A DNA stretch of 64,000 bases from Halodesulfurarchaeum sp. Lineage in GTDB: Archaea; Halobacteriota; Halobacteria; Halobacteriales; Halobacteriaceae. The position numbers were made by a program, and so were the translations under genes. A model generated the notes under the pieces. The model saw nothing but the letters and a program-made list of their open reading frames with translations, was not told the origin of the DNA and ran no database searches. Where the stretch lies: assembly GCA_034520565.1 (NCBI GenBank), contig JAXHNL010000002.1, positions 320,001 through 384,000 of the forward strand. Direction: 5' to 3'. This document shows, piece after piece, positions 10,054-21,295 of this stretch; positions within the stretch are counted from its first letter, which is position 1, and every line of letters begins with the position of its first letter.

Positions 10054-10326
10054 ATGGAATGGAAGCTCTTTGCCGACCTCGCCGAGACCGCCGGCGAGAA
10101 GCGGGTCACCGTGGACATGGCCGACGGAGCGACCGTGGCGGAGGCCCTGGAAGCCCTCTTCGGGACCCATCCCGAACTCCGCGACCGGGTCCTCGATGAC
10201 GGCGAGCTCGTCTCACACGTCAATCTCCTCGTCGACGGCGAGGACGTTTCCGGGCTCGAGGGGCTGGACACCGCGGTCGAATCGGCCGCCGAACTGGCAC
10301 TCTTTCCACCAGTCAGCGGCGGGTAA
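10054..10326 (+). CDS. samp1: Ubiquitin-like small archaeal modifier protein SAMP1
   Basis: MEWKLFADLAE N-terminus and FPPVSGG C-terminus as in Haloferax SAMP1. Confidence 0.93.
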   Translation: MEWKLFADLAETAGEKRVTVDMADGATVAEALEALFGTHPELRDRVLDDGELVSHVNLLVDGEDVSGLEGLDTAVESAAELALFPPVSGG

Positions 10327-10353
10327 CCGACGTGGCGCCCGTCGGGTGGAGAA

Positions 10354-11259
10354 TCAGTCCCAGGCCGACCGGGTGAGATCCACGCGCAGGACGAAATCCG
10401 GTTCCTCACCGAGTTCGATGCGATGGGCGGCGACGTCCGTGACCGCCCGGGAGGTCTCAGGGACGAGGACGCGCGTTCTGTCCGCTCCGACCTCGGCAGC
10501 GTCGCGTGCGATCGCGTTCATGAGATCCCCGGCAGCCGCCAGGTCTTCCCAGGCGGCGACGCCGTATTCGGCCCACCTGGGTTCCCCCGCCTCCGACTCG
10601 CGATCGACGACCCGTACGCGGGGAGCCATGGCCACGATCCGGTCGCGTTCGATCGCCAACAGGGATTCGGTATCTGCCGCGGTTTCCAGGTCGACCCGGG
10701 TCAGTTCCGAGAGCGCCCATGGGACCTCGTCGTCGAGGGCGAGCCCGGCAAGCGTCTCCCGTTCCGTGGACTGCTGCCAGTAGCTCCAGGCAGCATTCGG
10801 GGAGGCGGAGGTGGTGTCCTCGATGGGCGCCTCGGCGTCGGGTTCGGGATGGGCCCAGCGGAACTCGACCCCGGGGTCGAAGCCCGCGGCTCGGGTGAGG
10901 CCCAGACCCATCACGTTCCAGGAGAAGACCATCGCGCGGCCGACGGTCGCCCCCGCGTCCTGGGCCCAGTCGAAGGCCGCGTGGATGAGATCCCGGCCGA
11001 CCCCCTCGTTGCGGTGGGCCGGATCCACCCGGAGTCCCTGGAACCAGGCCTCGTGCTCCGAGAGCAGGACGCTTCGGACGAGACCGATCGGGGTGCCCTC
11101 GCGTTCGGTGACGAAGGTCTGCTGGCCGGGCCCCTCCTCAGTGGCCCACTTCGGAAAAATCCGGGACATGTAGTCGCCGTTCTCGTATCGGTCCCAGGTG
11201 TCCCGGGTGAACGCGGCGACCGCCTCCGTGTCCTCCTCGCGGGCCGGGCGGATCCTCAT
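10354..11259 (-). CDS. GNAT-family N-acetyltransferase
   Basis: LRVDPAHRNEGVG acetyl-CoA motif; ATG overlaps the gatD stop. Confidence 0.85.
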   Translation of the reverse strand: MRIRPAREEDTEAVAAFTRDTWDRYENGDYMSRIFPKWATEEGPGQQTFVTEREGTPIGLVRSVLLSEHEAWFQGLRVDPAHRNEGVGRDLIHAAFDWAQDAGATVGRAMVFSWNVMGLGLTRAAGFDPGVEFRWAHPEPDAEAPIEDTTSASPNAAWSYWQQSTERETLAGLALDDEVPWALSELTRVDLETAADTESLLAIERDRIVAMAPRVRVVDRESEAGEPRWAEYGVAAWEDLAAAGDLMNAIARDAAEVGADRTRVLVPETSRAVTDVAAHRIELGEEPDFVLRVDLTRSAWD

Positions 11260-12497
11260 ATCCAGGGGACCGAGCGGTCCGTCAACTCCCCCGCGAGCGA
11301 GGTTTGCATCGCCTCCTCGACGTCGGCCCGGTTGGCCAGCACCCACATGAGCTTCACCAGTGCCGTCCCGGGAAGCATGTCCTCGCCCTCGATGACGCCC
11401 GCATCGAGGATGTCCCGGCCGGTGTCGTAGACGCGATCGCAGACGCGCCCTTCCAGACACTGGCTGGTCATGACCACCGTCGTGCCGCGGTCGGTCAGCG
11501 CGTCGAGTTCGTCGATCAGGTCCGTGTGCACGTGGCCGAGGCCGGTGCCCTCGACGATGACGCCCTCCTTCTCGCGAACCATGGCGAGACAGGTCGGGTC
11601 CATCCCGGGCGTGAATTTCAGCAGTTCGACTTCGGTTTCGAGTTCGGGCTTCGCGGACAGGTCGACGGTGCCCCGCTCGCGGTAGTCCCGCCGGAAGGTC
11701 ACCTCGCCGGTCTCGTAGTCAACCTCGCCGAGGGGTTTCGCGCCGACGGTCTCGAAGGCGTCCCGGCGAGAGGTGTGATTCTTCCGGACGCGCGTGCCGC
11801 GATGGAGCGCCACCGTGTCGTCGGAGGACGAGGCGTGCATCGCGATCATGACCTCGGCGGCGTCGGACAGGGCGGCCTGGACGGCCCCGACGGCGTTGAC
11901 GACGTTGTCGGAGGAGGGGCGATCCGCGGATCGCTGGCTGCCGGTGAAGACGATCGGAACCGGCGTGTCGAGCATGAAGGAGAGGGCGCTCGCGGAGTAC
12001 TGCATGGTGTCGGTTCCGTGCATCACGACGACGCCGTCAGCGCCGGCCTCGATCTCCTCGCACACCACGTCGGCGAGATCCTGCCAGACCGCCGGGGTCA
12101 TGTTCTCCGAGAGGATGTTCCGGACGACCCGCCCCCGATAGTTCGCCATGCCGGCCAGTTCGGGAACGGCCCGAAGGACATCCTCCGCGTCGAACTGGGC
12201 GGTCACGGCCCCGGTGCGGTAGTCCACGGTGGAGGCGATGGTCCCGCCGGTGGTCAAAAGCGAGATCGTCGGAAGGTCCTCGTCGAAGGTGACCGTCGAT
12301 TCCTCGGTGGGCTCGCCGTCCTCGACGTCGTAGACGTCCGCCTCGAGAAGCTCGACGTCGGCTCGCGTCCGGTCGACACCGACGTTGTACCCGCTCTCGA
12401 GCTTGAGTACCAAATGTGCCGCCGTCGAGGAGGGCATCACGATCCCCTCGTGGCGCTGTCCGGCCCGCTCGACGCGAACGCGGTCCCCAGGATTCAT
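11256..12497 (-). CDS. gatD: Glu-tRNA(Gln) amidotransferase subunit D
   Basis: MNPGDRVRV, KLESGYNVG, TGGTIAS, HGTDTM, GSQRSADRPSSD; true start 12497, upstream part of the 956-aa ORF is spurious. Confidence 0.96.
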   Translation of the reverse strand: MNPGDRVRVERAGQRHEGIVMPSSTAAHLVLKLESGYNVGVDRTRADVELLEADVYDVEDGEPTEESTVTFDEDLPTISLLTTGGTIASTVDYRTGAVTAQFDAEDVLRAVPELAGMANYRGRVVRNILSENMTPAVWQDLADVVCEEIEAGADGVVVMHGTDTMQYSASALSFMLDTPVPIVFTGSQRSADRPSSDNVVNAVGAVQAALSDAAEVMIAMHASSSDDTVALHRGTRVRKNHTSRRDAFETVGAKPLGEVDYETGEVTFRRDYRERGTVDLSAKPELETEVELLKFTPGMDPTCLAMVREKEGVIVEGTGLGHVHTDLIDELDALTDRGTTVVMTSQCLEGRVCDRVYDTGRDILDAGVIEGEDMLPGTALVKLMWVLANRADVEEAMQTSLAGELTDRSVPWI

Positions 12498-12577
12498 GAA
12501 GACCGCTATTCGGGCTCGACCCTTGAAACCATCTACTCGGACGTGTCTCAACGGTCGGCCACACTCGCCCGATTCGG

Positions 12578-13237
12578 TCACACCCGCTCGCGAATGCGCC
12601 ACTTGTCCTCGACCCGTTCCACGACGTCCTGTCGTTCGAGCCGAAAGAGCACCGTCTCGACTAACTCGTCGGGCACTTCGACGGCGCGTGCGAGGCCGGT
12701 CGTCGTTCGGGTCCCGCCGGCGAGTGCTGAGAGGAGTTCGGCGGTGAGGTGCCCGCCGTTGTCGCCGTCGATCGTCTCGGAGAGGTCGGCCTGCACTTCG
12801 GTCAGCCGACCCTGCACCCACCGCTGGGCCATCGAGAGTTCCCGTTCGAGTTCGCGAAGCTGATCGAGCCGGCGTGCAAGCGAGCCGACGTCGCCTGCCC
12901 CGTCGAAGTCCGTGGTCACCTGCAGGTGGGAACACCGGCCGAGATCGAGGTCCGCACTCGCCGGGTAGGCGCTCTTGGCCCCAAAGTCGTACGGCGAGAC
13001 CTGCACCTCGAGGCGGAGGTTCTGGGCGATGTGGAAGTACTTCCGTCGGCGGTCGTCGACGTGGCTCTCGACCAGCCCGGCCTCGTCGAGCCGGCGGAGG
13101 TGGTCGATGACCGCCTTGGGGCTCACCTCGATGGACTCGCTGATCTCGGTGACGTAACTGGGCTTGTGCGCGAGCAACCGCAGGATCCGTCTGCGGTTCT
13201 CGTTGCCCAGGAGATCGAGGAGGGCCCCTGAATCCAT
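12578..13237 (-). CDS. ArsR-family transcriptional regulator
   Basis: LLDLLGNENRRRILRLL...SPKAVIDHLRRLDEAGLV wHTH plus second C-terminal wHTH. Confidence 0.88.
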   Translation of the reverse strand: MDSGALLDLLGNENRRRILRLLAHKPSYVTEISESIEVSPKAVIDHLRRLDEAGLVESHVDDRRRKYFHIAQNLRLEVQVSPYDFGAKSAYPASADLDLGRCSHLQVTTDFDGAGDVGSLARRLDQLRELERELSMAQRWVQGRLTEVQADLSETIDGDNGGHLTAELLSALAGGTRTTTGLARAVEVPDELVETVLFRLERQDVVERVEDKWRIRERV

Positions 13238-13324
13238 TGACGGAAATCAGGGATCGTCGGGGAAAAGGATGTCTGTGCGACCGGGCGACGGACTTATGCC
13301 ACCCCATGACAAAGGTTAGCACAC

Positions 13325-13663
13325 ATGTTCGCGCCGTTCTCGAGCGGGTACTACCTCGGCCGGCTCTACGTCGCACCGAGCGAGGGCGAGGCGGCCGTCC
13401 TGCACGAGGCCCAGCACGAGAGCGTGAACCGGGAACTCTACACCACGGGCGAGGGGATCGAGCGGCTCGATCGGCCGCTCGTGATGAAGCTGGAGACCAG
13501 TCACTTCGCCGTGCATCCCGACACGTCGGTGCCGGAAGGGGCACTCGCGGTGCCCGAACCGATTCTCGAGTCGGCGAACGTCGAGAATCCGCCGGAACTC
13601 CGGGAAGTGCTGGTCGCGAAGGCCGAACACGCCGAGCGGCTGGTCGAGTTCGGGACGGTGTGA
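13325..13663 (+). CDS. Conserved haloarchaeal hypothetical protein (DUF5802-like)
   Basis: FSSGYYLGRLYV N-terminus; acidic, host-like codon usage. Confidence 0.7.
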   Translation: MFAPFSSGYYLGRLYVAPSEGEAAVLHEAQHESVNRELYTTGEGIERLDRPLVMKLETSHFAVHPDTSVPEGALAVPEPILESANVENPPELREVLVAKAEHAERLVEFGTV

Positions 13664-13693
13664 GTTCGGGGCGGTGTGAGTTCGAGGCCGTGA
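13646..13693 (+). repeat. 16-bp imperfect tandem repeat x3 spanning a stop codon
   Basis: GAGTTCGGGACGGTGT / GAGTTCGGGGCGGTGT / GAGTTCGAGGCCGTGA. Confidence 0.6.
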
Positions 13694-13796
13694 TTTCTCG
13701 GCAACCGAACGGCCACGATGTGGAAAACAGGGCGAAAACCGGCGAAACAGGGTCCGAGCCCCAGCCACTTGCCCTCGGCAGCACGGACTGAAAGAT

Positions 13797-14222
13797 ATGG
13801 ATCCATCGAGCACGCCACCCGAAGAGCGATCCGATGCGGACTGGCGCGAACTGCTGAGCGAAGCGGAATACGAGATCCTCCGGGAGCGGGGGACCGAACC
13901 GAAGTTCAGCGGCGACCTCCTCGACATCGAGGAGCCGGGTGTGTTCCGGTGTGCCGGGTGTGGGACCGTGCTCTTCGAGAGCGAGGAGAAGTTCGGCTCG
14001 AACTCCGGCTGGCCGAGTTTTTACGACGTGGCCGACGCGGGGCAGATCGAGACGGAAATCGACACCAGACACGGCATGGAGCGACTGGAAGTCAGCTGTT
14101 CCACCTGTGGCGGCCACCTCGGCCACGTCTTCGAGGACGGGCCCGAGCCCACTGGAAAGCGGTACTGCATCAACTCCGTCGCCTTGGAGTTCGAACCCGG
14201 GGCGTCGGAGAACGACTCCTAA
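13797..14222 (+). CDS. msrB: Peptide-methionine (R)-S-oxide reductase
   Basis: GTE, CxxC, SGWPSF, HLGHVFEDGP, RYCINS. Confidence 0.96.
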   Translation: MDPSSTPPEERSDADWRELLSEAEYEILRERGTEPKFSGDLLDIEEPGVFRCAGCGTVLFESEEKFGSNSGWPSFYDVADAGQIETEIDTRHGMERLEVSCSTCGGHLGHVFEDGPEPTGKRYCINSVALEFEPGASENDS

Positions 14223-14516
14223 GCGGCAGTTGGTGGCAACGTTAGAGGGGTCTCAAGACCTACTGCACCGCAAAAACTATCAGTAAAATTTGCTTGTTGT
14301 TTCAGCCGAATAGAGATCAGTATCCCATATAGAGACTCGACCGGTCTCACACTCTTTGTCCGAAATATCCCCCAATATTGGCACTTGATCTGAGAATCTC
14401 GAATCTACCTGGGTGACGGTTCACATACGAATTGGACCGGAGGGGTACCCCGTCATCAGTGCCGTACATATCAATATTATAAGACTTCATGTACTGAGGT
14501 CCCGGTGTTTCACGTG

Positions 14517-15565
14517 ATGGTTCAGGACCCAACCCGACCGTCGCGCATCGTGTCCCGTCGCAAGTTCCTCGTCGGTGCCGGCGCGGCCGGCATCGCCGGT
14601 CTCGCTGGGTGTGCCAGTGGCGGCGACAACGGAAGTGGCGACGGTTCCGACGACGAGAACGGCGGATCAGAAACACTCTCCGGCGAAATCCGGATTTCGG
14701 GGAGCAGTACCGTCTACCCGGTCGCCCAGGAGGTCAGCCGCCAGTTCCAGCAGGAACACTCCGAGGTCAGCTTCAACCTCACGCGGGACGGGAGCTCCGG
14801 TGGGTTCGAGAACGTCTTCATCCCGGGCGACAGCGACATCAACAACTCGAGCCGGCCGATCAGCGAGGAGGAGGTCCAGCGGTGCCGGGACACCGGCTTC
14901 GAGCCGGTCGAGTTCTTCATCGCACAGGACGCGCTCACCGTGGTCGTCAACAACGACAACGACTGGGTCGACTCGATCACGCTCGAGACAGCTCGAGAGA
15001 TCTGGTCGCCCGACACCGCGCCCGAGATGTGGAGCGACGTCAACTCCGACTGGCCGGACGAACCGTTCGACCTCTACGGTGCGGCGACGACCTCCGGGAC
15101 GTTCGATTACTTCACCGAGGCCGTCGTCGGCGAGGAGGACAAGATCCGCAGCGACTTCGAGGGGACCGAGGAGGACGACCTCATCGCGCAGGGCGTCGCC
15201 GGCAACGAGTACGCGATGGGCTACCTCCCCTTCGCCTACTACACGAACAACCCGGACAGCGTCAAGGCCCTCAGCCTCAGCGAGGACGGCAGCGACCCGG
15301 TCGAGCCGAGCCTCGAAGGCGCACAGAGCGGGAACTACCCGCTCGCCCGCCCGCTGTTCTTCTACGCGAACATGAACAAACTCCAGGAGAAGAACCCAGC
15401 TCCAGGAGTTCATCCGCTTCTACATCAACGAGTCCGACGCGGACTACATCGCCAACGAGATCGGCTACGTCCCGAGCCAGCCAGGACATGGTCGACGCCA
15501 ACCTCGAAAACCTCGAAGCGGCGATCGCCGGCGAGTACGAGTACGAGCCGATCCCGCTGTACTGA
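14517..15565 (+). CDS. pstS: Phosphate ABC transporter substrate-binding lipoprotein; two apparent +1 frameshifts (about 15397 and 15480)
   Basis: Tat signal SRRKFL plus lipobox LAGC, GSSTVYP, SGTFDYF, YPLARPLFFY; C-terminus LQEFIRFYI...IGYVP...EPIPLY* recovered only by shifting frame. Confidence 0.88.
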
Positions 15566-15614
15566 CGCAGATCCAGTCGGTGAGATCGTCCACACGTATC
15601 ATCCATATCCGATC

Positions 15615-16619
15615 ATGAGCAACGAACCAGATGACGACACAGATCGCTCCAACGGAGCGGATTCGTCGTCCGGAAGGAGCGACTGTACGGGCGACTGATA
15701 GCCGCCACGGCGGTGCTGACGATCCTCGTGACCGTCGGAATCATCCTGTCGCTGGCGGGCAAGGCGCTCGCGTTCTGGTCGGTAGTCCCGCCGATCGAGT
15801 TTTTTACCGGAGCCAACTGGAGCCCCGATCATCGACGGCAGCTACGGCGTCCTTCCGCTGGTCAGCGGGACGCTGCTCGTCACGATCTTCTCGGCGCTGA
15901 TCGCGCTGCCGATCGGTCTCGGCGGCCGCGATCTACCTGAGCGAGTACGCGAGCGACCGCGCGCGGTCGATCCTGAAGCCGGCGCTCGAGATCCTCGCCG
16001 GCGTCCCGACCGTCATCTACGGCTACATGGCACTCGTGTACATCACGCCGCTGTTTCAGGGGTTTCTCCCGGTGTCGATCGGGCTGATTCCGGCTGGAGT
16101 GCCGGTCCTCCCCGAGTTCACGTTCGTGATACCGTCACTGCGGACGTTCAACGTGCTCTCGGCGAGCATCGTCGTCGGCATCATGATCATCCCGATGGTG
16201 TCCTCGATCAGCGAGGACGCCCTGAGTGCGGTCCCGGACAGCCTCCGCGAGGCGGCCTACGGGCTCGGCTCGACGAAGTTCGACGTCTCGACGAAGGTCG
16301 TCGTTCCGGCGGCCACGTCGGGCATCGTCGCCTCGTACGTGCTCGCGCTCTCGCGAGCGATCGGCGAGACGATGGCGGTCACGATGGCCATGGGAATGAG
16401 CCCGCAGATGCCGTACTTCCCGGACGTCTTCCGGAACCTCGCCGAATCGAGCCAGACGATCACGGCCGCGATGGTCCAGATCGCCAGCGCCGACTCGCTC
16501 GGCGGAATCACCTACGAGGCGATGTTCGCGCTCGGACTGACGCTGTTTGCCATCACGCTCTCGATGAACGTGGTGGCTGAACTCGTCCGACGGCAGCTTC
16601 AGGGAGGCATACCGAATGA
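15615..16619 (+). CDS. pstC: Phosphate ABC transporter permease PstC; several apparent frameshifts
   Basis: EFFTGANW, YGVLPLVSGT, AIYLSEYA, ILAGVPTVIYG, SLREAAYGLG, RAIGETMAV pieces in different frames; TGA overlaps the pstA ATG. Confidence 0.85.
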
Positions 16620-18246
16620 CGACAGACAGAACACCGCCGACGGCGCCTCGCAGACGGAGCGCGGACGTCGGCTCGCAGGCAGCTCAAGGGCGCGGCTCTT
16701 CGAGGCGGTCGCTCGTCGGTGCGACGCTCGTCGGCATCGTCGCGTTGCTGGTGCTTTTCGGCTACATCGCCTTTGACGCGTTCAGACCACTGACCGCTTC
16801 GACGCGGTGGTATCTGCTCTACTTCGGCACGCTCGTGACGCCGACGGCTGCGTTCACGTGGTACGCTCGCCGCCATCCGGCGGTCCGAGCGGTGAACGCC
16901 AAATCCTTTGCCGTCGTGTTCGGGGTCCTGGCAGTGAGCCTCGTCGTGTACGTCGTGGCCGATGCCGTCAGCCCCTACGACGTGCTCATCTATCTCGTCT
17001 TCGGCACCGTGCCACCAATTCTCGTGTACGCGTACGCCCGTCTCACGGGCGAACGGACGTACTCGGGCCCGGCCATCCCGATATCGATCATCGTCGGACT
17101 CGCTGTTGCGGCCGGGCTCTACGGCGTCCTCAGACCGCTCGTGGGACTTCTCGCACAGTGGATCGCATACGTCGGAATCGTCACCCTCCCGGTGGCCGGA
17201 ATGCTCGGCGTGGCCGTCATGCGACGACTGTCCGCCCGGAGCGGGGTGTACGCCGCGGCGACCGTTCTCGGCACGACGCTCGTGCTCGTCGTGCGGTGTC
17301 GCTCGGATCGGGCTATGACCCCTCGGTTTGGGTCGTGCTGTTCTCGGCGTTCGTGGTTCCGGTCGGGTACGTCCTCGGGGAGACGGTTCGAACCGACACG
17401 GCCGGCCGGGTCGGCGTTCTTGGCCCGTTCGTCATCGTCGGCGGCGCAGTACTGGGTGCGAGCCTCGAGCGGTACCTCGGAATTCAGGGTCTGGAGGGGT
17501 ATCTGACGCCGACTCTTCTTTTGAACTCCTGGGACGGGTTGCACGCGAGTAACGCGGGCGTCTATCCCCAGATCGTCGGGTCGATCATCATCGTCGGAAC
17601 GATGGCCCTGCTGGCGTTCCCCGTCGGCATCGGCGCGGCCGTCTATCTCGAGGAGTACGCGCCCGTCTCGGGCTGGGGTGGACGGCTCGCGACGCTGCTC
17701 GAGGTCAACATCTCGAACCTCGCCGGCGTCCCCTCGGTCGTCTACGGGCTGCTCGGACTCGCGCTGTTCCGGAACACGCTGGGCTTCGGAACCGGGATCG
17801 TCGTCTCCGCGGCCGGGACGCTCGGCCTGCTCATCCTCCCGATCGTCGTCGTCTCCGCCCAGGAGGCGCTCCGGTCGGTTCCGGACTCGCTTCGAGCGGC
17901 CTCCTACGGGATGGGCGCGAGCCGCTGGCAGACGCTCCGAAACGTCGTCTTCCCGGAAGCCGTCCCGGGAATCCTCACCGGAACGATCCTCGCACTGGCC
18001 CGAGCGATCGGCGAGACGGCACCGCTCGTCATCATCGCGGTGGCGACGACGACGTACACGCCGCCCGCAGGACTGTTCTCGAGTGCGACGGCGCTTCCAC
18101 TCCAGATCTTCGCCGCCCGGAGCAACGTCGACACCGCGTTCAGACACGGCATCGTGCCGGCGACGGCCGTCGTCCTGCTGGCGCTGATGCTCCTGATGAA
18201 CGCGACCGCGATCGTCGTGCGAAACCGATACGACCGTGAACTATGA
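16616..18246 (+). CDS. pstA: Phosphate ABC transporter permease PstA (long haloarchaeal form); apparent frameshifts near 16690-16710 and 17300
   Basis: [41 protein letters not shown]. Confidence 0.85.
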
Positions 18247-19082
18247 GTGACCAAGCGAACACGATATCGATCGAAACGACCGCCGGAGACGCCGAGAGCA
18301 CCGCGACCGATCGGTCCGGTCCGGATTCCACGCGAACAGTCATCGAGTCCCGAAACCTGACTGTCTCCTACGGCAAGGAACAGGCGCTCAAGAGCGTCGA
18401 TCTCCGGATCCCGGCCAAGCAGGTCACGGCGATCATCGGCCCCTCCGGGTGTGGCAAGTCGACGTTCCTTCGGTGCGTCAATCGGATGAACGACCTCGTC
18501 GATGCCGCGACGATCGAGGGCGAACTCCGGTTCGACGGGATCGACATCTACGGCGACGACATCGACCCGGTCGCGCTCCGCCGACGGATCGGCATGGTGT
18601 TCCAGCATCCCAACCCCTTCCCCAAGAGCATCTACGACAACGTCGCCTACGGCCTGCGCGTCCAGGACGACACGGAAAAGCTGGACGAGCGGGTCGAACA
18701 AGCGCTCAAGCGGGCAGCCCTGTGGGAGGAAGTCAACGACCAGCTCGACAAGAGTGCCCTCGACCTCTCGGGCGGGCAACAACAGCGGCTGTGTATCGCC
18801 CGAGCGATCGCCGTCGACCCGGACGTCCTCCTGATGGACGAACCGGCCTCGGCGCTCGACCCGATCGCCACGGCGAAAATCGAGGACCTCATCGAGGAAC
18901 TCGCCGAGGACTACACGGTCATCATCGTCACGCACAACATGCAGCAGGCCGCCCGCATCTCCGAGAGGACAGCTGTTTTCCTCACTGGCGGTGAGCTTGC
19001 GGAGTACGACGACACGAAGACGATCTTCGAGGATCCACAGAACCAGCGCGTCGAGGACTACATCACCGGGAAATTCGGGTAA
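18243..19082 (+). CDS. pstB: Phosphate ABC transporter ATPase
   Basis: [41 protein letters not shown]. Confidence 0.97.
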   Translation: MSDQANTISIETTAGDAESTATDRSGPDSTRTVIESRNLTVSYGKEQALKSVDLRIPAKQVTAIIGPSGCGKSTFLRCVNRMNDLVDAATIEGELRFDGIDIYGDDIDPVALRRRIGMVFQHPNPFPKSIYDNVAYGLRVQDDTEKLDERVEQALKRAALWEEVNDQLDKSALDLSGGQQQRLCIARAIAVDPDVLLMDEPASALDPIATAKIEDLIEELAEDYTVIIVTHNMQQAARISERTAVFLTGGELAEYDDTKTIFEDPQNQRVEDYITGKFG

Positions 19083-19086
19083 CAAT

Positions 19087-19755
19087 ATGCCTCGAGAAAC
19101 CTTCCAGGAGGCCCTCGAAGAACTCCGCACGGACGTCCAGCAACTGGGTGAACTGGTGCTCGAGCGACTCGATCGGAGTCTTTCCGCCCTCGAAACCGCC
19201 GATCGAGCGACCGCAAAACGCGTCATCGAAGGCGACGAGGAGATCAATCGGCGGTATCTGGCACTGGAGTCCCGCTGCATCGATCTCTTTGCGCTCCAGC
19301 AACCGGTCGCGGGCGATCTCCGATTCGTCGCTGCCTCCTTCAAGATCCTGACCGACGTCGAGCGGATCGGCGATCTCGCGCGGAACTTGGCCCAGTACTC
19401 TCTGACCGCGGATCAAGAAACCATCTCGGACGTCGCCATCCCCGATATCGGGGCGGCGGCCCGGGACCTCGTCGCCGACGCACTCGATGCCTACGGGACG
19501 GAGGATACGGCGTTGTGCCACCAGGTTGCCGACCGCGACGACCAGATCGACGCGCTCTGTCACCGGGCGAGCGAACGCGTCGTTCGTGATCTCATCGAGC
19601 GCGAAGCGAGCCCGTGGAGCGTCGAACAGGTACTGGACGACGTCTCTATTGCCCTGCTGATTATCCGCGACCTCGAGCGGGTCGCCGACCACGGCGTCAA
19701 CATCGCCGCCAGGACCCTGTATCTCCTCGAAAACGACTCGGAGTTGCTCTACTGA
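19087..19755 (+). CDS. phoU: Phosphate signalling protein PhoU
   Basis: QQPVAGDLR, ERIGDLA, ERVADHGVNIA. Confidence 0.94.
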   Translation: MPRETFQEALEELRTDVQQLGELVLERLDRSLSALETADRATAKRVIEGDEEINRRYLALESRCIDLFALQQPVAGDLRFVAASFKILTDVERIGDLARNLAQYSLTADQETISDVAIPDIGAAARDLVADALDAYGTEDTALCHQVADRDDQIDALCHRASERVVRDLIEREASPWSVEQVLDDVSIALLIIRDLERVADHGVNIAARTLYLLENDSELLY

Positions 19756-19756
19756 C

Positions 19757-20848
19757 ATGGAAAAGAGAAAACTCCAGGAGGTCGGCGGCGGAACAATTAC
19801 CGTCTCGCTTCCCCACTCCTGGGCCGAGAAACACGACGTCTCGGCCGGAACTGAGGTCTTCGTCCGATCCCATCTCGATGGCTCGCTGGAACTTTGGGTA
19901 ACCGAGCCGACGGTCGGGGCCTTCGGGACACTCACGCTCGAGGGAAAGGATGCTGGGACGGCCACAGACGTGGTTCGTGCTGCCTTCGAGGCGGGCTATG
20001 AGCGGGTCGTGCTGAACGATCCCGATTCACGGGGTGAAATCGAACGCGGGGAACTTGACACCGTGATTCGAGAGCTGGCGGGAGTCGAGATCACCGAGGA
20101 ACCCGATGGGAAAATCGTCATCGAAGAGGTCCTCGACGCGACAAAAGTATCGATCCCGCAATCGCTCCGTCACATCCATTACGGCCTCTCCCGGTTGCAG
20201 AAACGAACCCACGAGATGTTCGAAAACCGTTCGAGGGGTATCGAACCGATGATCGACCGCAACGGTGAGATTCGCCGGGGGGTGAGACGAATCGAGCGGC
20301 ACTTCACGCGGGCCCTCCGCGACCCAGCAGAGATGGATGCCCTCGGAGAGCCCCGATACCGGTTGTACCACTATACCCGTATCGCACAGCTTTTTGAGCG
20401 GGCAGCACAGCAGCTCCTCGAGCTGGCGAGGATTCAGGCACACTCCGACGGACAGGGTACCGAAACGCGAGCCCTAACGGAACTCTTTATGCAGGCAAGC
20501 CGAACGCTCGAGAACGGTTCGAAAGCCGCCTTACGGGAAAATTCCGTCGACGAGGCGCGGTCGGCGCTGAGCCGACGGTCGGAGCTACACGAGCTGGCAT
20601 CGGGTCGTCGATCGGCCCTGATCGATGCGGGAAACACGGATCTCCGAACGTTTTCCACACTCGATCATATTGCGGCCATCGGGAACTGTGGTGGCCGAAT
20701 AGCCGAGATTTCGTTACAAATGGCCATCGGTACAACGAACGAGACGGACGGTTCCCCGGAACGGAAACCCAATCTGGATTTGCATGACCTCGAAACGGGC
20801 GTCCATTCGAAAGAATTGGCATCAGAAAGTGCTGGAGAAGACGAGTAA
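19757..20848 (+). CDS. AbrB/MazE N-terminal plus divergent PhoU-domain regulator
   Basis: RKLQEVGGGTITVSLPHSWA N-terminus; helical PhoU-like remainder, lower GC. Confidence 0.8.
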   Translation: MEKRKLQEVGGGTITVSLPHSWAEKHDVSAGTEVFVRSHLDGSLELWVTEPTVGAFGTLTLEGKDAGTATDVVRAAFEAGYERVVLNDPDSRGEIERGELDTVIRELAGVEITEEPDGKIVIEEVLDATKVSIPQSLRHIHYGLSRLQKRTHEMFENRSRGIEPMIDRNGEIRRGVRRIERHFTRALRDPAEMDALGEPRYRLYHYTRIAQLFERAAQQLLELARIQAHSDGQGTETRALTELFMQASRTLENGSKAALRENSVDEARSALSRRSELHELASGRRSALIDAGNTDLRTFSTLDHIAAIGNCGGRIAEISLQMAIGTTNETDGSPERKPNLDLHDLETGVHSKELASESAGEDE

Positions 20849-20851
20849 CCC

Positions 20852-21277
20852 ATGACAGAAACGACCGTCGCCTTCGTCTGCGTACGGAACGCCGGCCGTT
20901 CCCAGATGGCCTATCGCTTCGCAAAGCGGGAGATCGCTCGTCGTGACCTCGAGGACGAGATCGAACTCCTGACCGGCGGCACCCGCCCGGCCGAGCAGGT
21001 CCACCAGGAGGTCACCGAAGCGATGGCAGCCATCGGCTCCGAACTGGGAGACCGCACACCACGGGAGATCACCTTCGAGGAGACCCGGGACAGCGACTAC
21101 GTTATCACGATGGGTTGTTCGGCCGATGACGTCTGTCCGGCGGGTTGGGGCGGGGAGAACCGCGACTGGGCCCTCGAGGATCCGCACGGAAACGATGCTG
21201 AAACCGTCGCCGCAATCAGAGACGAGATCGAGTCGCTGGTGACGGCCTTCTTCGACGAGATCGAACCGAGGCGCTGA
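20852..21277 (+). CDS. arsC: LMW-PTP-family arsenate reductase
   Basis: CVRNAGRSQMA P-loop, ITMGC, WALEDP. Confidence 0.88.
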   Translation: MTETTVAFVCVRNAGRSQMAYRFAKREIARRDLEDEIELLTGGTRPAEQVHQEVTEAMAAIGSELGDRTPREITFEETRDSDYVITMGCSADDVCPAGWGGENRDWALEDPHGNDAETVAAIRDEIESLVTAFFDEIEPRR

Positions 21278-21295
21278 AAAACTCCTCGAGGGTAA

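Noticed and set aside
11256-14126. 956-aa apparent GatD fusion; similar extended ORFs at 3213, 21296-23725, 26521 and 54960
   Set aside because: Stop-free upstream extensions overlapping other genuine genes; the real starts are internal
14461-14490. ATATWWW-like phosphate boxes upstream of pstS
   Set aside because: Plausible, but a short AT-rich motif overlapping the TATA region cannot be distinguished from core promoter sequence by eye
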